Source of the DNA: an uncultured Methanoregulaceae archaeon
GTDB taxonomy: Archaea > Halobacteriota > Methanomicrobia > Methanomicrobiales > Methanospirillaceae
Assembly: GCA_963737635.1 (NCBI GenBank)
Contig: CAVTTL010000001.1
Span: 800,001 to 864,000 of the forward strand
Direction: 5' to 3'
Length of the DNA: 64,000 nucleotides
A model generated the notes under the pieces. That model saw only the letters and a program-made list of their open reading frames with translations. It ran no database searches and was not told the DNA's origin. How positions within the stretch are numbered: the stretch's first letter is position 1; every line of letters begins with the position of its first letter. Positions 9,718-18,564 of the stretch are shown piece after piece. Position numbers and translations under genes: made by a program.

Positions 9718-10401
9718 GTGAACCTGATTATCCTGAAATACGGCATCCTAATCGGGGCCCTTCTGACGACCACTGTCTTTGTCTCAGGACCCCTGAGTCA
9801 GCCTTCTGCACAGCAGGGAGTACAGAACAGCAGCGAGATCGACGCGCAGTCGATCTTTGCCTTCGGCTCGCAGGTGTTTTATAAAGAGGCGTCCCAGCCC
9901 GGAAACGAATATGTACAGAATAGCGTGCAGGGATATTCCCAGAACCTGGTCCCTACCAATGCCGAAAACCAAGCCTACAACTCGTCATGGCAGGCCGGCG
10001 TTGCGCAATTTAAGTCCGGGTACGACCGCGTTACTACTGCGCTTTTCGACCTCGCTTCCGTGCCATCAATGCAGACCAGCGAGCAGAAAATGGCGGTATG
10101 CGGAGAATTTGCGACCGGCGAGAATGAAATGACCCAGGCAAGGGATGAATTCCTTTCTGCAAAAAACAGTGCATCGCCGGCAACTGACTCAGGTTTCACC
10201 ATCGCCATGGTGCTGGAACAAGTCGATGCGATCATCCAGAGTTCGGATGATGCTGACACGGCATGCATGAAGGCGGTCGTGGCCGATCATAACCATGACC
10301 ACGCGGGATTTTCAGCAGACCTCAAGGATGCGCAGAGTGCAGTACAGGATATGGAACACGCTTACCCCGAGCTGAAGGTGCTGAGCAGTGATTTTACCTG
10401 A
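9718..10401 (+). CDS. secreted alpha-helical hypothetical protein
   Basis: N-terminal hydrophobic signal, Ala/Gln/Asp-rich helical body; visibly similar to the C-terminal domain of 12027..13127. Confidence 0.75.
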   Translation: MNLIILKYGILIGALLTTTVFVSGPLSQPSAQQGVQNSSEIDAQSIFAFGSQVFYKEASQPGNEYVQNSVQGYSQNLVPTNAENQAYNSSWQAGVAQFKSGYDRVTTALFDLASVPSMQTSEQKMAVCGEFATGENEMTQARDEFLSAKNSASPATDSGFTIAMVLEQVDAIIQSSDDADTACMKAVVADHNHDHAGFSADLKDAQSAVQDMEHAYPELKVLSSDFT

Positions 10402-10479
10402 ATTATTGAAACCAAAGGAGATGCTATCGATGAGAAAGAAGGAAAATCGAGACAAAATCAACCAGACCCGGAAAAACAG

Positions 10480-10815
10480 GTGATACCTATGAACTTACCC
10501 GATCCAAAAAGAATGCTTATTGATGACAGGCCGATAAGTGATGAAGAATTCAGGAGACAAAACCTGGTATACGTGATCTCAGCGGCAGTACTAATGATTA
10601 TCGGACCGCTTTTCATTTATCACGGATTTAATCTCCTGCCGTGGCCGTATACAGCGAAGTGGGGTGCCCTCTCGATCGCAATCGGGTTCTTCATCCTCAT
10701 CTTCGGGTTCAGCCTCTGGCAGGATCGCCAGGTACAGGTCCTCCAGAGAATGCACGCAAAAGATTCCGCCGAGATCCGGCAGATTCTCCGGGAAATAAAA
10801 GACGAGAGAAAATAA
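10480..10815 (+). CDS. small 2-TM membrane protein
   Basis: Two TM helices followed by a charged coiled-coil-like tail. Confidence 0.6.
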   Translation: MIPMNLPDPKRMLIDDRPISDEEFRRQNLVYVISAAVLMIIGPLFIYHGFNLLPWPYTAKWGALSIAIGFFILIFGFSLWQDRQVQVLQRMHAKDSAEIRQILREIKDERK

Positions 10816-10944
10816 AAGGCGAACTGGCATGCGAAAGCGGTCATCCTCAACCCGGGCTGGCTTGGAAGCAGGGATAAAAAGAGAGGAGACAGGTTACGCC
10901 CGGATTCCGCGGGTATTTCCGGTACCCATAAAAAACAGGAGTGT

Positions 10945-11762
10945 ATGATGCTGACCATCCTTTCCTGGAACGTAAACGGCCTTCGCGGGTGCTATGACCG
11001 GAAAAATTTCCTTCCACTCTTCCGGCACAACCCGGAAATTGTCTGCATTCAGGAAACGAAAGCCCCGGAGGAGAAACTCCCGGAGAAGGTACGGAACCTG
11101 TACGGATACCATACGTATTTTTCTGCCGTGCCGGGGGGAGTACCGCCGGGGTCGGGCTCTTTACCCGGCACCAGCCGCTTTCCGTAAACTATGGGTTTGG
11201 GGACCCAGTCTTTGATAACAAAGGGCGGGTCATTGTTGCTGAATATGAAAGATTTGTCCTGCTCAACGTTTATTTCCCGCTCGGGATAAAACCGATGGGA
11301 AATCTCGACAACAAACTGGAATTTTACGATGCATTTCTTCAATATATCCGGTCGCTCTGCGAAAAGGGCAGGCCGGTGGTCATCTGTGGCGACTTCAACG
11401 TAGCCCACACTGACCAAGATCTCTATAACCCGCCTAAGAAACCGGTCCGGCAGATCGGTATTTCCCCGGAAGAACGCTCTAAGATGGATCAGCTGGTCGG
11501 TCTCGGATTTACTGATACGTTCCGGATTTTTCACCAGGGATCTGGCTACTATACCAGATGGCCGTTCCAGAACGATGCCCGGGAGAGAAATTTCGGCTGG
11601 CGCCTCGATTACTGCTTTGTGAACCAAGCGCTCCGGCCGTACGTGTCCAATGCTACAATCATGCCGGAGATCAAAGGATCAGACCACTGCCCGATCATAC
11701 TGGAACTGAATCTGCCGGAAGCGGAGGAGATACACCTTCCCACACTGAAGGTAACGTCCTGA
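10945..11762 (+). CDS. xth: exodeoxyribonuclease III (AP endonuclease), apparent frameshift near 11140
   Basis: 'ILSWNVNGLR', 'VCIQETK', 'LLNVYFP', 'ICGDFNVAH', 'GWRLDY', 'GSDHCPI' across two frames. Confidence 0.93.
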
Positions 11763-12026
11763 TAAATGGGGGAACAGTTCTGTCAAGTTTTTAGCTGGGT
11801 GGGCCGTTCTTTATATTCATTCCCTTGTCTATGCCTCATGGAGGCATTAACATATTTTTTCCCTTATACAATTTCCAATCATTCATTGGACTTTTTTTAA
11901 CTCGATTTCCTGAAGGAAAAGTGTCAATAATTGGTAGTTAATGGCAACTTGATAGAACCTTTCAAAAATTAATTAAATATGCGTATATATAATAAAAGAT
12001 AACAAAAAAACAGGGAGCGATAAGCA

Positions 12027-13127
12027 TTGATGTCATATCCGAAGATAGGCATAATTTCCTGTATTATCGTGCTTATCGGATCTTTAGGAATAATTCTGCA
12101 GTCATTCGTTCCCAATCTCGAATTCGTGTTCAGTTCCTTATTTTATCTTGGAATCTTCGGGGTAACAATCACCTTTTATTCCTATGCACTTCACTTGTAT
12201 CAGTTTAATTCCCGAATCATCTCGAACCTGACACTCAGTTCCGTTATTGTTCTGTACCTGATGAGTTTCAACGTTGTCAGCTATTCAGCCGTTGTGCAGC
12301 TGATATTATCTGGTATTCTGGGTTGGTTTATATTCGCATTATATTTAATGCTGATATTTGCAGGATCGTGGACTCTTCTTTACGTCGGCGAATCACTAAG
12401 GATCGCGATTTTTTCTGATAAGGACAATCCGACATTGAAGAAAAAATTGCCGGGTGTTTCCGGCGCATTCGCAATGATGTTTATTGTCATTGCATTTTTA
12501 TCCGTTAACTTCCTAATCGCTTCAGGTGCATTTTCATACTCTGACTTGAACTGGAATAACTTTGCACAGGCAAATAACGATTCCGGGCAATCAAACCTGA
12601 ATAATCCGAATAATCCTCCGCTCGTTAATCTACTCCAAGATTATTTTACAACACAAATCAATCCGACAGTAGCTCAGGAAGAGGACCGTAAAGAACAACA
12701 ACAATGGGATGCAGGGTCGTCACTTCTGAACATCGGATATTCACAATGTTCTGATAATTCAACTCTCGTGACAGAAATGCCATCGTTAAATTCTGATAAA
12801 GATAGAATGGCAATATGTGATGGAATCAGTGAGGGTGTATCCAATATACAAGAATCCAGCATTTATTTGTCTAACATTTCAGGCGCAAGTCCTTTTGCTA
12901 TCTCAAAGAAATACAGCCAAGGTTTGCTGATACCTCAAATTCAACAGTTATCTGAGAGTTGTGAAGTTTCAGTGACCCTCTGCCGACAGGCCGATCATGC
13001 AGTTCAGAATTATGATAATAACCAGTTTACTAATAATCTTGAACAGATCCATAGCAATCTGATGCAAATAACGGTAGATTACAATGAGGTGACAGTGTTG
13101 ATCAATACAAATTCAAGTCAACAATGA
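12027..13127 (+). CDS. multi-pass membrane protein with extracellular helical C-terminal domain (low-GC gene)
   Basis: About 5 TMs, Asn/Gln-rich linker, domain similar to 9718..10401; visibly more AT-rich than its neighbours. Confidence 0.75.
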   Translation: MMSYPKIGIISCIIVLIGSLGIILQSFVPNLEFVFSSLFYLGIFGVTITFYSYALHLYQFNSRIISNLTLSSVIVLYLMSFNVVSYSAVVQLILSGILGWFIFALYLMLIFAGSWTLLYVGESLRIAIFSDKDNPTLKKKLPGVSGAFAMMFIVIAFLSVNFLIASGAFSYSDLNWNNFAQANNDSGQSNLNNPNNPPLVNLLQDYFTTQINPTVAQEEDRKEQQQWDAGSSLLNIGYSQCSDNSTLVTEMPSLNSDKDRMAICDGISEGVSNIQESSIYLSNISGASPFAISKKYSQGLLIPQIQQLSESCEVSVTLCRQADHAVQNYDNNQFTNNLEQIHSNLMQITVDYNEVTVLINTNSSQQ

Positions 13128-13330
13128 AACACTTGCGTGCATAGAGCTAAATCAAAAAATCAAAAAAAATCGTATTCATGGATTTGAACGGAAAACGCCG
13201 ATCACAGGCTGAAACTTACTATTCTTTGAAAAAGGGAATCGTTCAACAGAATAATCTCTTGAGGTGAGATGTAGACATGGAAAAGGGAACTTTCGCCAGA
13301 CATTTGCTGCTCGCAGAGGTCTCATGAGGC

Positions 13331-13380
13331 CCCTATACCATATAGGGATCACTATATTGAAAAACCTTAAATATATATCC
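13331..13380 (+). promoter_or_regulatory. putative promoter of the pstS-pstC-pstA cluster with upstream palindrome
   Basis: Perfect inverted repeat CCCTATA-cca-TATAGGG (13331-13347) directly upstream of BRE/TATA-like GAAAAACC-TTAAATAT (about 13359-13374). Confidence 0.55.
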
Positions 13381-13540
13381 AAAACGCTAGAAATATATAG
13401 TCTAACGTTGATATTCTGATTGGTGAATTGACATCTGTGGGGGATGAATGAACTTCACCAGCAAGAACTCCGTGGCAAATCCCTTAATCTCTACAAATTT
13501 TTCAAAAATCCCATCCACGAACACCAAAGGTGAAACAGCA

Positions 13541-14672
13541 ATGTACGCAAACATGAAACACATGAACAATGATATGGCAGTCTCACCGATTGTCGCGACG
13601 CTCGTCCTTATCGTCGTCGCTGTCATCGGTGCTGTCGCAGTCGGTACCATTATGGGTACCTTCTCATCCGATGTATCGAAACAGGCATCCGCCTCACAGG
13701 CGTCGTCTGCATCACAGACCGAGATCCTCATCGCCGGTTCGACCACGCTCCTCCCGGCTGCAGCTCAACCTCCAGACCGACTACCAGAAGGCCAACCCCG
13801 GCTACCAGCTCAATGTCCAGGGTGGCGGCTCAGGCGCCGGTGTAGCCTCAGTAGCAGAGGGAATTGCTGATATCGGTGCAGCATCCTCGGCAAGCACAAT
13901 CACAACCGCGCAGACGGCAAACCCGAACGACCCGAACTACCAGAACCTCTACTACACTATGATCGGTGGCCGTGGCGTCGTATTCATCCAAGATGCTAGC
14001 AACAAGGCAGATCCGACCAATATGGTTGCTCCAGCCGACTTGTCAGCAGCATACCTTGACGCCAGCACCAACAGTGGCAAGACCACTGTAGCAGATGGCA
14101 ATATCACCTTCATCGGCACAACCATGGAACAGCGTGAAGCCGGTTCCGGAACCATGTCCACCGCATTCGGCTGGATTGGTGGCAACGCAAAGGGCAACAC
14201 CTCCACCGGTTTCAACAACCTCCAGACTCAGAATGGAAACGCAGCAATGCTCGCAGCAGTTCAGGCAGGAACAGCAACTGCACCACAGTTCGGCTTTGTT
14301 GACGCAGGATATGCGTTCACCGGCGGCGTAACCAGCAACACCACCGCATCAGGTATCACGGTTGTCGGTGTCGAAGACAGCACTGGCGTATACGTCCCGA
14401 CCCACGCCAACATCAAGGCAGCACTCAAGGACTGGGTTAAGGGCAGCGCTCAGGGAACAAACTACCCGCAGAAGCTTACCGGCGGTCTCTACTGGATCAC
14501 CAAAGCAACTGCACCTACCGCTTCATCCAACGGTATTATCACAACCCCGGGCACCAGCTCAGCAAGCTCAGTTGTCGGCAACCTGCTCAACTTCGCCAAG
14601 TCCCCTACTGAGGCAACCGCGTTCAACAACGCCGGTATGTACTCACTCTATGACTTCGCACCGACCAGCTGA
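13541..14672 (+). CDS. pstS: PstS-like phosphate-binding protein with archaeal type IV pilin (class III signal) N-terminus; one-base frameshift near 13760
   Basis: RBS AAGGTGA before ATG 13541; 'NDMA|VSPIVATLVLIVVAVIGAVAVG'; PstS motifs 'IAGSTT', 'NVQGGGSGAGV..V.EG.ADIG', 'REAGSGT'; followed by pstC and pstA. Confidence 0.88.
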
Positions 14673-14688
14673 AGTATACAACTTCTAA

Positions 14689-14703
14689 TTTCTTCTTTTT
14701 TTT
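14689..14703 (+). terminator. oligo-T tract after pstS (possible partial archaeal terminator)
   Basis: TTTCTTCTTTTTTTT between the pstS stop and the pstC start. Confidence 0.4.
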
Positions 14704-14706
14704 ACA

Positions 14707-15627
14707 ATGAACGAAAAACCCGATCTTCACGAAGTACTCTTTCTCTCCTGTTCCATGGTGACGGTCTTAAGTGTCATCGTGATCATCGGGTATATCCTGT
14801 TCGCCGCTGCCCCGGTTCTGGGACGTGAGGGGCTCGGTTTTGTCTTCGGATCGACGTGGGACTACACATCTCATCAGTTCGGCATTTGGCCATTTATCGT
14901 CGCAACCATGATGGTAACTATCGGCACCATTGTACTCGCTGTCCCACTGGGCCTTGCAACCGCGCTTTTCCTCTCGGAGTGGGCACCGCCATGGCTTGAC
15001 CAGGTGCTCAGCACCCTTATCGAACTGCTGGTGGGGATACCTTCGGTCGTGTACGGTATCTTCGGCTTTTTTGTCCTGCGGAGTTATTTCAGTGATTTCA
15101 TCAATCCGTTCATAGGAAATACACTCGGTTTTATTCCCTTATTCAAGTATGATAATAATAACGGGATTGGCTTCCCGCTGGCAGCTACAGTCCTCGCCGT
15201 CATGATCCTCCCAACCATCGTCGCTCTTTCCCGGGAAGCGATGCGGGGGGTACCCGACTGACTGCGGGAAGGTTCGACTGCACTTGGGGCAACACAGTGG
15301 GAGACCATCCGGCATCTTGTTCTCCCGGCATCCCTTTCCGGGATTATCACCGGCCTGATCCTGGGAATCATGCGCGCGATGGGGGAGACAATGGCAGTCG
15401 TGATGCTTGTAGGCAATATGGGCGCCACCCCAACATCTTTTTTCAATCTGGGTGAACCGATGACTGCCAAAATTCTCCTGGATATCGGGTATTACGTGGT
15501 CGATCCCGAAGGCCGGAGCGCGCTCTTTGCCATCGGTGCAGTCCTTATGGTCATGGAGATAGGGTTCGTGATCGCTATCCATCTCATTAGTGATCGGCTG
15601 AAAAAACAAATTGAAGGAACCACATGA
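14707..15627 (+). CDS. pstC: phosphate ABC transporter permease PstC (in-frame TGA at 15259-15261)
   Basis: 'IELLVGIPSVVYGIFG', 'VLAVMILPTI', EAA loop 'VPD*LREGSTALGATQWETI', 'RAMGETMAV'; both halves are in the same frame. Confidence 0.92.
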
Positions 15628-18347
15628 ATTTCCGTGCACTCAAAGGGACGATCATGATGGCGGTTTGCGGAGCGGCTGCGCTCTTTGCTGCAGGCATGCT
15701 CCTTTATATTCTCGTGGTGATCTTCCTCAAAGGGGTGGCATCCCTGAAGCCGCATTTTATTCTTTTTTCTGAGATCAACACCGGGATGGGGCTCGGAACT
15801 GGGATCGGGAACGCTATTGCAGGTACTATCCTTCTCGCAGTTACATCCACTATCATTGCAATTCCTTTCGGGGTTGGAACGGCGATCTATCTCCAGAAAT
15901 ACGCGTCCGACAACCAATTTACACGATTTTTGCGTCTGATGATCGAGGTTCTTTCAGGGACTCCATCGATCGTACTGGGGATATTCGGCGTCGCCATCCT
16001 TGTCATCTATCTCAAGCCCATTACCGGGGGAGAGTCACTTATGGCAGGAGCCATTGCACTTGGCATCCTGATCATCCCGGTGATCGAGCGTGCGACAGAA
16101 GACGCGATCACGCGCGTGCCCTGCGAACTGGAAGAAGGCAGCTATGCGCTCGGAGCAACAAAATGGCTAACGATCCGGGATATCGTCATTCCCTATGCTT
16201 TGTCAGGTATCATTGTCGGCGCCATCCTGGGATTTGGGAGGGCAGCAGAAGAGTCTGCGGTCGTTCTCTTGACCGCAGGGTATTCCCAGTACATGCCGCA
16301 ATTCAGGATCGCGCTCAACCCGAACTTCCTTCTCGGGATAAAGATTTATCCGCTCAATGATCTCGTCGGATCATTACCGGTATTTCTGTACACTTCCTAC
16401 GAAAATTCCAATGTCTTTCCCATATCTTCTATCTTCGCCGCCGGGTTTGTCCTTATCGTTATCGTACTGTTCATTAACCTCTCAGCAAAAGCCATCCTTT
16501 TCTATGCCACAGCAAAGACACAGGGGCACCAGAGCGGCATTTTATCACTGTGCGCATCTTTTTCCAGCCGGCTGCGTCGAAAGGATTCAATCGGAATAGA
16601 ACGATGTACTGATCCAGGAATAAAAGGGGAGGAACCGGTGTATGAATCCAAGCCTTTCGATCAACCGGAGCCACCAGCTATGACACAGTCCATGGTCTTC
16701 AGTAATGCTCCAATTGAACCCGTACAGGAAGGTCCCCAAGAACCATCTGCTGCGAAACAGTCTCCGGCCTTCAATCACTCTACAGCAGAACTCCTCCCGG
16801 TAGTCCCCCCCGAACGGAAGCTCCCTTCTCTAAAGAAAATCATCACGTCCATGACAGCGGGCATCAGGAAATGGTTCCAGAGCCTCAGGCAAAAGCCACC
16901 TGCACCAACTCGGCAAACCGATCCAGCCGTAAGTCCCGATAAGAAACCACAGGCCCGGTTTTCTCTCCGGGATTTCGGCCGGACATTTCTCCTGACGATT
17001 GCACCATTTGCCCTGATTTCAGGTACTGCTGCTTATTCTCACACTAGCACTGCCGACACTGAATCCCGTCGGATCAAATGGACTATCGGCTTTTGTCAAA
17101 GCTTTCATTTTTACCATCGTGTTGTGCGCCATCTGCGCGGTCATTTCCTTGTTTCTCATCCGGGGTACCGCCATGTTTCTCCTCAGGCGGAAAAAGAACC
17201 CTCTGCTGGGGAACCGGCCCGGTGTGTTTGTGGCCATCGCTCTTGGCATCTGCATACTACTCATCGGTGCCTTTATTTTTTCTGCCCATCTCTTCGTCCC
17301 TCCTGTATCTACAAATCCGGGGGGGCAAGTCAGCAGTATATCCGAGATCTCTGGTACGGTAAACACCCCGTTCTTCTCATTTAACCTTCAGTCAGGAGAT
17401 CTTCTCCAGCTGGAACAGATGAACAACCCGCTCTTCTCTTTTGGCCTGCAGGAAGGCAGTCTCCAGTTAAAGGTAATGAACCAGACTGTAAACACTATGA
17501 ACCTGAGCACGCCCGGGTACTGGCAGTACCCCAGCTGAGCAGCCCGGCTAGTACCTCCAGTCGTGACGCCCAGCTCGCAGCGCTCCTAGCGTCACAGAAT
17601 GGGGGGGGTGAAGGCAGCTCGCCGACACCTATGCCAACTACTGCCAGTGCGACTGTAACCCCGACACTGGCACCGGCAGCAACTCCCCCCACAAACCCGG
17701 CCGTCCCGGTTAAAAATGCGCTCGATATGGGCGAATCCTACTGGTATGGCGATAACAGCCGTCCGTGTCTCGCCACAGTCTATAACACAACAACCCTCCC
17801 GTTTTATTTCTATTGGGACATGGACTGGAACCGGTTTGTCCAAGTAGCACCTGTACAAACCGGAGATGTGTTCCTCGTTGTCTTCATCCGCATTGAGGAC
17901 ACAGGGACTATGAGAGCCATTGTCCCATCGGCAGACTCGTTCATCGTTAGCTATAACGGTCAGAACTACACTCATAACGTCTACTTCGACACATCCGTTC
18001 TCGATCAGAACGAGATCGATTATTACACGGCGAATTTCAATCTCCTGCCGTACCAGTGGATCCGGGAGATCGGGCAACAGAAGCGGGACTATGCATTCCT
18101 GACCGGCTATAACGTCTTTGGGCAGAACACTACCGTAATCTCCAATGTTAGCGCCGGTACGACCATCCCCCCGACGGGACCCGATACCAACGGTCAGGGC
18201 TATTTCATCACGCCCGGTCGTAGCAACGCCATAGACGGCTACCTGATCTACGAAGTCCCCGCCAGTGCTGCAACGGATCTCAAGGACACGTATGTCCAAG
18301 TCTCTTTCAACAGTTTCAGCCCGACCGCGTGGCGCCTGGGAAAATGA
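15624..18347 (+). CDS. pstA: phosphate ABC permease PstA with long C-terminal extension (Pro-rich linker, 3 extra TMs, extracellular Ig/DUF4352-like domain); apparent frameshifts near 17020 and 17515
   Basis: 'IEVLSGTPSIVLGIFG', 'LEEGSYALGATKW', 'GRAAEESA'; ATGA overlap with pstC; reading can be continued by frame switches through 17119..17538 into 17631..18347 ('FLVVFIRIEDTG...PGRSNAIDGYLIYEVP'). Confidence 0.8.
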
Positions 18348-18564
18348 CTGAAAGAGGCGAAGAACGGGAGCGGTCACATAGAACTCTATATTCTCAATTC
18401 AAAAAATATATTTTAACGGGCTACGTAATGATTTGGTGATTACCGGGTTTTTCAAAAGAACCTCATTATACAAACGGAGTTACCGCATGGCATACGAGGG
18501 ACGGCATAGTGCGCAGGAAACGGGTAGAGTGCCGTGTGCGACGGTCAGCTTTTGAGGATCCATC

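Noticed and set aside
11831-13331. Similar palindromes ATGCCTCATGGAGGCAT and GGTCTCATGAGGCC flanking the low-GC gene, as possible recombination sites
   Set aside because: They are short, differ in spacing and have no recombinase nearby; chance cannot be excluded
15259-15261. Selenocysteine readthrough of pstC linked to the SelB-like gene
   Set aside because: The position is not a Cys site in PstC, aSelBL is not the Sec factor, and no SECIS is evident
18487-18555. Short upstream ORF and ACGGCA/TGCCGT stem before the PKD gene
   Set aside because: The stem is only 6 bp and the uORF has no distinctive features
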